Of a stretch of DNA of 64,000 nucleotides, positions 29,249-41,016 are shown one piece after another. A model generated the notes under the pieces. The model had not been told where the DNA came from. It made no database searches and saw only the letters and a program-made list of their open reading frames with translations. Where the stretch lies: the NCBI GenBank assembly GCA_040767195.1, contig JAXGPA010000004.1, positions 173,738 through 237,737 of the forward strand, in the 5' to 3' direction. Position 1 is the stretch's first letter; every line of letters starts with the position of its first letter. Both the position numbers and the translations under genes were made by a program. The stretch is from Syntrophales bacterium. GTDB taxonomy: Bacteria > Desulfobacterota > Syntrophia > Syntrophales > UBA6807.

Positions 29249-29994
29249 ATCTCCCCCCATCGTTTCAAAATGTATTCCCCCAGGAGAAGGTCCTCCCGGG
29301 TCGTTATTTTCATATTCTCCCAGGCCCCCGGGACGATCCGGACGGGGTGGCCCGTCCTTTCCACGAGGGAAGATTCATCGGTCCCGTGAAAGCCGTCGCC
29401 TTCGGCCTTCCGGAAAGCGTTAAGCAGGACCTCCCGTCGGAACCCCTGGGGTGTCTGAACGGCCCATATCCGGCTTCTGTCGAGGGTTTCCCGGACCCGT
29501 CCCTGCCCGTCAACGGCCTTGACCGTGTCCCGGAGGGGAATGCCGGGGCAGGCGGCACCGGTCTCCCTGGCCGCCTCGATGACCGCCTCGATAAGAGACA
29601 GGGGAACAAAAGGGCGGGCGCCGTCGTGAACGAGAACGATCTCGTCGGATCCTTCCGTCACGGACAGGCCGTTTCTCACCGAGTCCTGCCTTTGCGCCCC
29701 CCCGGGAACGACGGACGAGACCTTGCCCAGCCTGAATTTTTTCACGATTTCCTCCGTCACGGAGGGAATGTCTTTCTCCGGAACGACGAGCACGATTTTC
29801 CCGACACGGGGGCAGTTTTCGAACCGCCGAAGGGCGTGGACCAGGAGGGGCGCATCCCCGAGCTGGAGATACTGTTTCGCTCGGTCGCCTCCCATGCGCG
29901 ACCCCGACCCGCCGGCGGCGATAATGACGGCCGCGTCTCCCGTCTTCGCTCCGCCCGTCTTTGCTTCGGCACCGTGAAACGCTTTCTGAGACAC
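29242..29994 (-). CDS. ispD: 2-C-methyl-D-erythritol 4-phosphate cytidylyltransferase
   Basis: [44 protein letters not shown]. Confidence 0.96.
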   Translation of the reverse strand: MSQKAFHGAEAKTGGAKTGDAAVIIAAGGSGSRMGGDRAKQYLQLGDAPLLVHALRRFENCPRVGKIVLVVPEKDIPSVTEEIVKKFRLGKVSSVVPGGAQRQDSVRNGLSVTEGSDEIVLVHDGARPFVPLSLIEAVIEAARETGAACPGIPLRDTVKAVDGQGRVRETLDRSRIWAVQTPQGFRREVLLNAFRKAEGDGFHGTDESSLVERTGHPVRIVPGAWENMKITTREDLLLGEYILKRWGEIW

Positions 29995-30259
29995 GTAAAA
30001 CTCCCTTCAGTATTCGCCCGAGGCCGCCCGTAAAGACAAAACCGGGCAAAAACCGCACGACGACACCATTCGAACGGCTTTATCAAAACGTTCCGGGCCG
30101 GGCGCCCGAATCCCCGGAAACGAGGCGTCCTTGCCGGCGGGTTGCAACGATTGGGGACAAGGGCTGCGAAATCCCCGGGGCCCGTGCCGGGCCCCCATCA
30201 AAAAAAAGGTCCGAAACGGAAACCTCTCCCTTCCGGACCGTCTGAACGTCCTTTTACTG

Positions 30260-31276
30260 TTACTCGTCCCCGTGGACAACGCCTTTCAGGCCGGAAAAGA
30301 TCATCCTTCCCGCGGCGGTCTGAAGAACGCTCGTCACTGTCGTTTCCACCGTTTTACCAATGTACTGGCTTCCATTGTCCACGACGACCATGGTCCCGTC
30401 GTCGAGATAGGCGACCCCTTGCGCAGGCTCTTTCCCTTCCTTGATGATTTTTACGGTGATCGCTTCACCCGGAAGCACAACAGGCTTCAGGGCGTTCGCC
30501 AGCTCGTTCACGTTCAGGATCCGGATCCCCTGGATTTCGGCGACCTTGTTCAGATTGTAATCATTGGTGATGATCTTGCCGTTCCTTTTTTTCGCCAGGG
30601 CGACCAGTTTCGCGTCCACTCCCTTCAGCTTGGGAAAATCCTGGTCCGTGATGTCGATCCTTATCCCCGCGCTCTTCTGCATCCGGTTCAGGACATCAAG
30701 CCCCCGACGCCCCCGGGAACGCTTCAGGGAATCGGACGAATCGGCGATCTGCTGCAATTCGTCCAGGACAAACCGCGGAACGATGAGCGAACCGTCCAGA
30801 AATCCCGTGTCACAGATGTCGGCGATGCGGCCGTCGATAATAACGCTCGTGTCCATGATCCTGTAATCGGTGGACTGCCTGAGGGCCGTCTTGGAAGAGG
30901 TTCCGGGAAACTCGAACTCTTCCGCCTTTTTTGATCCGAGAACCAGCCCGAGATAGCCGAGTATGATGGTAAGTAGGACGTAAATATAAACAAGGGGGAT
31001 GACTTCCTGTCTCTCGATGGCTGGGATGAATCGAAGGCCGTAGGCAAAGAGAAAAGCGATGAGGAGACCGACCAGCGTCCCGACGACGCCTCCGAAGATG
31101 ACGCGCAGGGACAGCTTACGGATCGCCTGTTCCATTTGGATCACGAACAGGGCCACCAGGATTCCGGCGACAACGCCGATCAAGGAAAGCGGGAAACCAT
31201 GGAATTTCAAAACGATGAAGTAACCGCTCGCCGCACAGGAACAAATCAGCAAGAATCTGATGAGCAGTTGAAACAT
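30260..31276 (-). CDS. Membrane PIN/TRAM domain protein (YacL family)
   Basis: N-terminal TM helices; DTSVIIDGRI, RGRRGLDVL, TNDYNLNKVA, GVAYLDDGTMVVV, VTSVLQTAAGRMIF. Confidence 0.92.
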   Translation of the reverse strand: MFQLLIRFLLICSCAASGYFIVLKFHGFPLSLIGVVAGILVALFVIQMEQAIRKLSLRVIFGGVVGTLVGLLIAFLFAYGLRFIPAIERQEVIPLVYIYVLLTIILGYLGLVLGSKKAEEFEFPGTSSKTALRQSTDYRIMDTSVIIDGRIADICDTGFLDGSLIVPRFVLDELQQIADSSDSLKRSRGRRGLDVLNRMQKSAGIRIDITDQDFPKLKGVDAKLVALAKKRNGKIITNDYNLNKVAEIQGIRILNVNELANALKPVVLPGEAITVKIIKEGKEPAQGVAYLDDGTMVVVDNGSQYIGKTVETTVTSVLQTAAGRMIFSGLKGVVHGDE

Positions 31277-31488
31277 GATTCCTCCTTTCACAAAATGAAA
31301 AACGTCTCGATTGTCAAAGAACACATGTATGCGAATGCGGTGTTCCTTTTCCCCTCGGGAACCTTATGGGTGGACACCCCTCGGAACCTCGCGTCGCGAA
31401 GGGTGAACCGGGTCCTTCGAAGGCGGGAAAAAGGATGACCCGCCGTCTTGGAAACAAAACGAAAATGGCCCGATCGGAAGAACGGGTG

Positions 31489-31971
31489 CTATATGGTAAT
31501 GATCGCGTTCAAGTCGTCTTCGATTTTCGTCTCTTCCGTGTCGCTGGCTATGGAAAGTTCCTTGATCAGGAGGCTTTTTGCCGTGTCCATCATCTTTCTC
31601 TCGCCGAAAGAAAGATCCTTGTCCAGTTTCAGGCGCAGAAGGTCCCTGAGGACCCGGGCGATTTCATAAACCGATCCTGTTTTGATCTTTTCCCAGTATT
31701 CCTTGTACCTCTTGTTCCAGGTTTGCCTGTCCACGGTGACATTGCGCTCGCTGAGTATTTCATAAACCTTCGGAATCTCTTCCTTCGTGATGAGCGTGCG
31801 CAGACCGACCGATCGAGCACCGTTCCTGGGAATCATGATCTTCATGTTGTTCCCAAGGATTTTCATGACATAGAATGACTGCTTGCATCCCATGATCTCT
31901 CGATTCTCGATGGATTCGATGACCCCCACGCCGTGGGCGGGATACACAGCCATGTCCCCGACTTTAAACAT
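31489..31971 (-). CDS. carD: CarD/CdnL family transcriptional regulator
   Basis: FKVGDMAVYPAHGVG, WNKRY, LSFGERKM. Confidence 0.93.
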   Translation of the reverse strand: MFKVGDMAVYPAHGVGVIESIENREIMGCKQSFYVMKILGNNMKIMIPRNGARSVGLRTLITKEEIPKVYEILSERNVTVDRQTWNKRYKEYWEKIKTGSVYEIARVLRDLLRLKLDKDLSFGERKMMDTAKSLLIKELSIASDTEETKIEDDLNAIITI

Positions 31972-32150
31972 TTCCTCGGATACACCTCACCCCTGTTGAT
32001 CTTCCACAAAGGAGAATTTCTTTTACTACAAAACCACTTAAAAGTCAATTAAATACCTGAAATTAGAAATTTGTCTTGACTTTACCGAAATGGATACGCT
32101 AAAGAGCAAAAACCCTGCAAAAAGACGTTCTCAAGCGGAAAGGAGTCAAA

Positions 32151-34235
32151 ATGGCAACGGTTGAATCGGCATCCATCAGAAATATCGCTGTCGTCGGGCA
32201 TGGCGGAACCGGCAAGACCTCCCTTTGCGAATCCTTTCTCTTTGTCAGCGGAAAAACGGAACGTTTCGGTAAAGTCGACGACGGAAGCTCCCTTTTCGAT
32301 TTCGAACCGGAAGAGCAGAAAAGACACATCTCCATCAGTGCGGCCTCCAATTTCATCGACTGGGACAAGTGCAAGATCAACATCATCGACACACCCGGGG
32401 ACGCCAACTTTTTCATGGAGACCATGAACGCCCTCCGGGTGGCCGACGGGGCCGTCGTCCTCATCGACGCCGTGGGAGGCGTGGAGTTTCAGACGGAAAA
32501 GGTCTGGGAACTGCTGAAAGAAAGATCCAGGCCCTCTCTTTTTTTCGTCAACAGGATGGACCGTGAAAGGGCGGATTTTTTCACGGCCGTCGACAGCATC
32601 CGCAGCAAGCTTCAGACAAAGCCCACGATCTGCTTCCTCCCCATCGGAAAAGAGGAAGCCTTCAAGGGGCTCATCGACCTGATCAACATGAAAGCCCTTT
32701 ACTTCGAGGACCCCCGGGGAAAGGTCAAAAAGACGGACATTCCCGCGGAACTTCTCGAGGAAGCCCAGTCATACCGGGATACCATGGTGGAGGACATCGC
32801 CGAGTGCGATGAGGCTCTCATGGAAAAATACCTGGAAGAAGGAGAGCTGAACGTCGAAGACTTGCACAAGGGCCTGCGCCAGGCCGTTCTTGCGGGCAGC
32901 ATCGTTCCGGTCACCGCCGGCACCGCCACGAAATCCATCGGTGTCGGAACCCTTCTCGACATGATCGTTCATTACCTTCCCTCCCCCATCGACCGCGGCG
33001 CCGTCTCGGGAAAGAACCCCGTCACCGGCGACGAGGCGACCCGGGAACCGGACGCGACCGCCCCCTTTTCCGCCCTCGTCTTCAAGACCATCGCCGACCC
33101 GTACGCCGGGAAGCTCACCCTTTTCAGGGTTTTCTCCGGAAAAGCCAGTCCCGATTCGACTTTCAGCAACACCACGCGCCGTGTCACCGAAAAATTCGGG
33201 AATATCTTCCATCTCGAGGGGAAACACCAGAAGCCGGCCGACGCCGTTGTCGCCGGCGACATCGCCGCCGTGGCCAAACTGAAGGAAGCCGTCACGGGGG
33301 ACACCTTTTCCGATGAGAAAAACCCCGTCGTCTTCGACAAGCTGCCCGCGCTCCCGGCCCTCATGTCCTTCGCCATCAGCCCCAAGGCGAAAGGGGACGA
33401 GGATAAGATCATCAGCTCCCTGAACCGGATTCTGGAAGAGGATCCCACCCTGATCCTGAAGCGGGACGACGAAACGAGAGAAATCATACTCTCCGGCATG
33501 GGGCAGGTGCACATTGAAGTCACCGTGGAAAAGCTGAAGCGGAAATTCGGCGTCGACGTGGATCTCCGGACCCCCAAGGTCCCCTACAAGGAAACCATCA
33601 AGGGGAAAACGCGGGTCCAGGGGCGGTATAAGAAACAGTCCGGCGGCAGGGGACAGTTCGGCGACACCTGGATCGAGATCGAACCGCTGCCGAGGGGCGA
33701 GGGGTTCGAATTTGTGGACAGGATCGTCGGGGGGGTCATCCCGAAACAGTACATCCCCGCCGTTGAAAAGGGCATCGTGGAAGCCATGCTGGACGGCGTC
33801 CTGGCGGGATATCCCACGGTGGACGTGCGAGTGTCCCTCGTGGACGGTTCGTTCCACGCCGTGGACTCCTCGGAAATGGCCTTCAAGATCGCCGGGTCCA
33901 TGGGCTTCAAGAAGGGCATCGTCCAGTGTCAGCCCACCCTCCTGGAACCCATCGTCAATATCGAAATCGAAATCTCCGACGAATACCTGGGAGACGTCAT
34001 TGGAAACCTGAACAGCCGGCGGGGCCGGGTCCTGGGAATGGAGAGCAAGGGGACGAACCAGGTCATCCGGGGCCAGGTGCCCCTGGCGGAGATTCTCACC
34101 TATGCCGCCGACCTGAGATCCATCACGAGCGGCCGGGGAACCTTCAGATACGAACACTCACACTACGAGGAAGTGCCCGCCCCCATCGCGGAAAAGATAA
34201 TCGCCCTGTCGAAGAAGGACAAGGAAGAGGAATAG
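32151..34235 (+). CDS. fusA: Elongation factor G paralogue (EF-G2/FusA2-like)
   Basis: GHGGTGKTS, DTPG, NRMD, GMGQVHIE, KQSGGRGQFG, DGSFHAVDSSEMAF, LLEPI; not in an str operon; RHISI replaces RGITI. Confidence 0.9.
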   Translation: MATVESASIRNIAVVGHGGTGKTSLCESFLFVSGKTERFGKVDDGSSLFDFEPEEQKRHISISAASNFIDWDKCKINIIDTPGDANFFMETMNALRVADGAVVLIDAVGGVEFQTEKVWELLKERSRPSLFFVNRMDRERADFFTAVDSIRSKLQTKPTICFLPIGKEEAFKGLIDLINMKALYFEDPRGKVKKTDIPAELLEEAQSYRDTMVEDIAECDEALMEKYLEEGELNVEDLHKGLRQAVLAGSIVPVTAGTATKSIGVGTLLDMIVHYLPSPIDRGAVSGKNPVTGDEATREPDATAPFSALVFKTIADPYAGKLTLFRVFSGKASPDSTFSNTTRRVTEKFGNIFHLEGKHQKPADAVVAGDIAAVAKLKEAVTGDTFSDEKNPVVFDKLPALPALMSFAISPKAKGDEDKIISSLNRILEEDPTLILKRDDETREIILSGMGQVHIEVTVEKLKRKFGVDVDLRTPKVPYKETIKGKTRVQGRYKKQSGGRGQFGDTWIEIEPLPRGEGFEFVDRIVGGVIPKQYIPAVEKGIVEAMLDGVLAGYPTVDVRVSLVDGSFHAVDSSEMAFKIAGSMGFKKGIVQCQPTLLEPIVNIEIEISDEYLGDVIGNLNSRRGRVLGMESKGTNQVIRGQVPLAEILTYAADLRSITSGRGTFRYEHSHYEEVPAPIAEKIIALSKKDKEEE

Positions 34236-34240
34236 GAACC

Positions 34241-34732
34241 TTGTTCCCAGCGGGAATCATCACCGTCAGCGACAAGGGATCCCGGGGAGAACGGGAAGAC
34301 AGAAGCGGCCCGGAAATAAGGAAAATTCTCTCTGAACTTCCGTTTTTCCAGGTGGTAGCCCAGGACACCGTCCCCGACGAAGTGGCGTCGATCAGTCATA
34401 AAATCACCGAATACACGGATACGAAGAAGATCGCTCTCGTCATCACCACGGGAGGTACGGGGGTCAGCCCCCGGGATGTGACGCCGGAGGCGACGCTGTC
34501 GGTCCTTCACCGGGAAATCCCGGGCATGGCGGAAGCCATGCGCCGTGAAAGCGCCGGAAAAACACCTCATGCCATGATATCACGGGCCGTCGTGGGAACC
34601 CGTGGTGAATCGCTCATCATCAATCTTCCCGGAAGCCCCCGGGCCGCCCGGGAAAACCTCGAGGTTCTTCTCCCCGCCCTGTTGCACACCTTGAAAAAGA
34701 TTCAGGGCGACCCCACGGACTGCGCCCCGTAA
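34241..34732 (+). CDS. MogA/MoaB family molybdopterin adenylyltransferase
   Basis: ITVSD...DRSGP, TTGGTGVSPRDVTPEAT, AMISR, NLPGSP; TTG start at 34241. Confidence 0.9.
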   Translation: MFPAGIITVSDKGSRGEREDRSGPEIRKILSELPFFQVVAQDTVPDEVASISHKITEYTDTKKIALVITTGGTGVSPRDVTPEATLSVLHREIPGMAEAMRRESAGKTPHAMISRAVVGTRGESLIINLPGSPRAARENLEVLLPALLHTLKKIQGDPTDCAP

Positions 34733-34841
34733 ACGAGGGAGGTCCGGTTAGCTTTTCCACCTCGAAGCGTCTTTACGACGGAAGCCCCCTCCCGGAACAG
34801 ACGGAAGAAAAACGCCCCCGGGTGGCCCGAAGACCCGCAAG

Positions 34842-35741
34842 ATGACGGAACCGGGAAAAAAGAGACTGGGGTTGTTGCAGATTCATCTCGCCGTGTTCCT
34901 CTTCGGCTTCGCCGGTATCTTCGGCAAGATCGTCTCCCTTGATCCCGTGGCCATCATTTTTGGCAGAACGTTCTTCGCGGGGATCTTTCTCTTCGCCGTC
35001 CTTTCTCTCACGGGAACGATCCGATCCGTCCGTTCGTTCAGCGATTTGCGGGCCCTTCTTTTTTCCGGGGTTGTCCTGGCCGTTCACTGGTTTTCCTTCT
35101 TTCAGTCCATCCAGGTGTCGTCCGTCACTGTCGGCCTTCTGACGTTTTCTACTTTCCCTGTCTTCATCACCTTCCTGGAACCCGTTTTATTCGGCGAAAA
35201 ACTCGATTGGTTTGATGTGCTGACGGCCTTCCTGGTGGTTGCCGGGCTCCTCTGCGTCTTTCCCGCCTATGATTTTTCCAACCAGGTGACCCAGGGGGCG
35301 TTGTGGGGGATTCTCTCCGGTTTTACTTTTGCCGTCCTCTCACTGTGCAACCGCATGCACGCGAAAAGGCTCCCGCCTCTTTTGGTTTCATTTTACCAGC
35401 TTTCCGTCGCCGCCCTCATCACCCTGCCGCTGGTCGTCATCTCCGGGGCACAGCCTTCCAAAACGGACATCTTTTTGATGATGATCCTCGGCATCGTCTT
35501 TACAGCCATTGCGCAGACACTCTTTATCGGCAGCCTGAGACATATCAGGGCCCATCTGGCCGGCGTGACGGTGGCCCTGGAACCCTTGTACGGCATAATC
35601 CTCGCTGTTATCATTCTCCACGAAATTCCGGCGTGGAAAACGGTGGTGGGGGGCCTGGTGATCCTGGGTGCCGTCACAGGGGCTTCTATCGGCCCATTTC
35701 GACCCCAAAAACACCTTTCTAAGGCCAAAAAAAGTCTTTAA
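34842..35741 (+). CDS. DMT/EamA family transporter
   Basis: About 10 TM helices in two repeats; LAVHWFSFFQSIQ, TFPVF..FLEP, LEPLYGI..A..ILHE.P. Confidence 0.88.
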   Translation: MTEPGKKRLGLLQIHLAVFLFGFAGIFGKIVSLDPVAIIFGRTFFAGIFLFAVLSLTGTIRSVRSFSDLRALLFSGVVLAVHWFSFFQSIQVSSVTVGLLTFSTFPVFITFLEPVLFGEKLDWFDVLTAFLVVAGLLCVFPAYDFSNQVTQGALWGILSGFTFAVLSLCNRMHAKRLPPLLVSFYQLSVAALITLPLVVISGAQPSKTDIFLMMILGIVFTAIAQTLFIGSLRHIRAHLAGVTVALEPLYGIILAVIILHEIPAWKTVVGGLVILGAVTGASIGPFRPQKHLSKAKKSL

Positions 35742-35790
35742 TTTCCAAATATATTATTATTTTTCAAGATGTTACCTTGGTCCGACCCCG
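35690..35790. repeat. 101-bp direct repeat, copy 1
   Basis: Aligns without gaps to 35852-35952 with 85/101 identities (manual count); ends in TTGGTCCGACCCCG. Confidence 0.9.
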
Positions 35791-35851
35791 AAACACCCCT
35801 TGCCCTGGTCCCACCCCGGACTCCCGGCTGGCCCCCCCCGGATCCGCTAAA

Positions 35852-35952
35852 CGGCCCATTTCGACCTCAAAAACAGCCTTCTAAGGCCAAAAAAGGGGCT
35901 TAATTTGACAATATGTGATTATTTTTCGGGATGTTGTCTTGGTCCGACCCCG
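35852..35952. repeat. 101-bp direct repeat, copy 2
   Basis: Partner of 35690-35790 at an offset of 162 bp. Confidence 0.9.
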
Positions 35953-36371
35953 TTGAGGTGGGTGCCGGGCCAGTAGAAGCGGCCGCAGGAGGGGCACCGG
36001 CCGAAGTGTTTGTGGGTCGCGTAAATGTAAGGGGGAACGAACGGTTTGGCCTCCTCCCGGGGCATGTCGAGGAGGATCTCGTTGCACAGGATGCAGCGGG
36101 TGAAATAAGCCGACCGGTCCGGTGTCAGCCCGAAGGCGGCGGTGACCTCCTGCAGCTGGCCGGGCAGATCGTCAGACACGATGACGAGCATGCGGCCCCG
36201 GTAGTTTCGCCGGGCCATGTCCTTTCGCCTGGTGAGAACGACACGCCCTTCCCGGAAACCGCGATCGAGCAGGGCCCGCCCCATGTTTTCCCTGTCATAG
36301 ACAGTGTCATACCCCAGGATCCGAAGCCACTTGGCCAGCTTTCCCAGGTTCCGGTCCGCCAGAAATTTCAT
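35919..36371 (-). CDS. Mut7-C RNase domain protein (PIN-like plus zinc ribbon)
   Basis: KFLADRNLGKLAKWLRILGYDT, EGRVVLTR, TRCILCN, CPSCGRFYWPGTH. Confidence 0.88.
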   Translation of the reverse strand: MKFLADRNLGKLAKWLRILGYDTVYDRENMGRALLDRGFREGRVVLTRRKDMARRNYRGRMLVIVSDDLPGQLQEVTAAFGLTPDRSAYFTRCILCNEILLDMPREEAKPFVPPYIYATHKHFGRCPSCGRFYWPGTHLNGVGPRQHPEK

Positions 36372-36485
36372 GGGGATTCATCCCGCCGCCGTCTTCCGGG
36401 CGCCCCGCGGGGCGCCCTTTCCTGCCCCGACGGGCAAGGGGCGTTTTCCGCCGGCGCCGGGAAAGGAATGCAATGAAACGATTGC

Positions 36486-36842
36486 TTACGGGATTTCCTC
36501 CGTTTTTTCTTTTTCCTCTTCCGGGGTTTCCTCTTTTTTCGGCTCCTCTTCGGGGAGGGTCTCTTCCTCTTCTTCCTTTTCCTTCTTCACGTCCTTTTCG
36601 TAGGCTTTCAATTGTTTCTTGAGCTTCTTCACCTTTCTCGACAGGCGGCTTCTTTCGACGATATCCAGGAAGCCCACAAAAATCGCCCCCGCGCCGAAGG
36701 CGATGAAAATGAGGAGGTAGGCGGGAATCTTGAAGTCGAACAGGTCGTAGTATTTCAGGTGAACGGGATCGAAGTTGGCCAGGGAAAAGGTTATGATGAA
36801 AAGAACCAACAACATTCCAATGATCGTCAGAAGAAGTTTCAT
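36486..36842 (-). CDS. LapA (DUF1049) family membrane protein
   Basis: Two TM helices, F.LAN...V.L.Y motif, coiled coil and acidic tail. Confidence 0.7.
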   Translation of the reverse strand: MKLLLTIIGMLLVLFIITFSLANFDPVHLKYYDLFDFKIPAYLLIFIAFGAGAIFVGFLDIVERSRLSRKVKKLKKQLKAYEKDVKKEKEEEEETLPEEEPKKEETPEEEKEKTEEIP

Positions 36843-36843
36843 C

Positions 36844-37326
36844 CTAAACCTCCAAATGTTTTTTCAGGCAGGGCAACAATAACGCCTTGGTCTCGTTCAC
36901 ATCCTGGGGAATGACCCGGATATCCCCCACGACCGTCGCAAAGTTCGTATCCCCCGACCAGCGCGGCACGATGTGCAGGTGGAGATGGCCCGCCACGCCG
37001 GCGCCGGCCGCTTTGCCCACGTTCATTCCCACATTGAACCCTTCCGCGCCCATGGCCTCTTTCAGGGCCTTGATGGAACACTCCATGAAGTGGAACATCT
37101 CGAGGCGTTCTTCCGCCGACAGATCCTCCACCTGGGAAATGTGCCTGTAAGGGATGACCAGAAGGTGCCCCGTGTTGTAGGGGTACTTGTTCAACATCAG
37201 GGCGCAGGATGTGCCCTCGAAGAGAACAAGGGGTTCCTCGCGGTCGGAATGCTTGCAGAAGACGCATCCGTCCTGCCTCTTGGAGGTCAGATATTCCATC
37301 CGCCCGGGAGCATTCAAATGTTTCAT
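36844..37326 (-). CDS. HIT domain protein
   Basis: CVFC, NKYPYNTGHLLVIP, GFNVGMNVGKAAGAG, HLHLHIVPRW. Confidence 0.93.
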   Translation of the reverse strand: MKHLNAPGRMEYLTSKRQDGCVFCKHSDREEPLVLFEGTSCALMLNKYPYNTGHLLVIPYRHISQVEDLSAEERLEMFHFMECSIKALKEAMGAEGFNVGMNVGKAAGAGVAGHLHLHIVPRWSGDTNFATVVGDIRVIPQDVNETKALLLPCLKKHLEV

Positions 37327-37820
37327 GACACGCCGTCTTTCAAATCGATGATCGACCCGGTGATCTCGTCACCGATGTCGAGAATGCCGATGGAGCGCCT
37401 GGATGAAAAAAAACGGTCCGTCGGTGACCCGGGATTGAAAAAAAGAATCCCCGCTTTCCGGTGATTCACCGCTCGGTGCGTGTGCCCGTAAACAAGGCAA
37501 TCGATGGTTTCGGAACTGAACGCCTCGAGAAGCCTCTCCTCGATATCTGCCGGGCTTCCCCACCCGTGGATCAGTCCGATTCGAAATCGGCCCGCCTGGA
37601 TGACCCGTTTTCCCGGGAGGGTTTCCCGAACAGCCCGGGAATCCATGTTGCCCGCGACGGCAAGAACCGCCGTGCCGGAAAAAACGCCGAGGACCTCCGG
37701 TTCAACCAGGTCCCCGGCATGGAGAATCAGATCGACACCGCCGAAATGGGCCTCCGCCGTCCTTTTAAGGGTTTCGTCAAAACCCTTCAGGTGAGTATCG
37801 GAAATAACACCGATTTTCAT
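37323..37820 (-). CDS. YfcE/MJ0936-family metallophosphoesterase
   Basis: ISDTH, HAGD, GNMD, HG, GHTH, NPGS. Confidence 0.9.
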   Translation of the reverse strand: MKIGVISDTHLKGFDETLKRTAEAHFGGVDLILHAGDLVEPEVLGVFSGTAVLAVAGNMDSRAVRETLPGKRVIQAGRFRIGLIHGWGSPADIEERLLEAFSSETIDCLVYGHTHRAVNHRKAGILFFNPGSPTDRFFSSRRSIGILDIGDEITGSIIDLKDGVS

Positions 37821-37889
37821 ACGGGAACACCGCTTTTTTTGTATTATATCGAGTTTAAAATCTCAAGTCATTTTTTGACGGGGCCTTCG

Positions 37890-37918
37890 TTGACTTTTTC
37901 TTTCAACAGTCATACCAT
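37890..37918 (+). promoter_or_regulatory. Sigma70-type promoter for the hypothetical-ligA-acylphosphatase unit
   Basis: TTGACT, 17 bp spacer, TACCAT in an AT-rich divergent intergenic region. Confidence 0.55.
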
Positions 37919-38107
37919 ACGCTGCCAAGAGCGGAATGTCGCCGTCACCGATCCCGGGAAAACCGGTGGACGGGCCTTTCCCCCGGCTTCGGGAAAGGCG
38001 CCCGGGACAGGGTGCCCCGGTGTCGTGAAACGGGGCGTGCCGAACGGTCCGCCGCCGTTACGGAAAACGAACCGCCCTCCGCACAGGATGTTTTTCACGG
38101 AGCCGTC

Positions 38108-40706
<2,599 letters not shown>

Positions 40707-40708
40707 TA

Positions 40709-40999
40709 TCAGGCCGCGAGAGGGCCCGTTTCGCCACCCGCCGCCGCATCCGGGGACAGATACCGATAATAAAGAAAAAGATCTGCGGCGACCATGGCGG
40801 CGTTGACACCGTAAAAAACCGTCACCCAGTCAAAATTGTAGAGGACTTTGTGGGCGATACCGCTCAGGTAACCCATGATGATCACGGCCATGAAAAGAGG
40901 GCTCTTCCCCTCGACCTTTTTCGTCCTCAGCGCCTTGGCAATGGAAATGGGCCAGCTCGCCCCGAAACACAAAAGCATGAACGCCTCGAAAAAACTCAT
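40709..40999 (-). CDS. Small 3-TM membrane protein (PQ-loop-like)
   Basis: FEAFMLLCFGASWPISIAKALRTKKVEGKS and three hydrophobic segments. Confidence 0.6.
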   Translation of the reverse strand: MSFFEAFMLLCFGASWPISIAKALRTKKVEGKSPLFMAVIIMGYLSGIAHKVLYNFDWVTVFYGVNAAMVAADLFLYYRYLSPDAAAGGETGPLAA

Positions 41000-41016
41000 C
41001 GGTGATCAAGCCTCCA

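Noticed and set aside
31330..31488. Possible structured RNA between carD and the PIN/TRAM gene (short CCCCTCGG..AACCT repeats)
   Set aside because: No recognisable riboswitch, tRNA or ncRNA consensus; an Rfam/Infernal search would be needed.
35690..35952. CRISPR interpretation of the direct repeat
   Set aside because: Only two 101-bp copies, wrong size for CRISPR repeats, and no cas genes in the window.
36398..36417. Perfect 20-bp GC palindrome GGGCGCCCCGCGGGGCGCCC
   Set aside because: Single copy, all GC, no U-tract on the coding strand; cannot be assigned a function.
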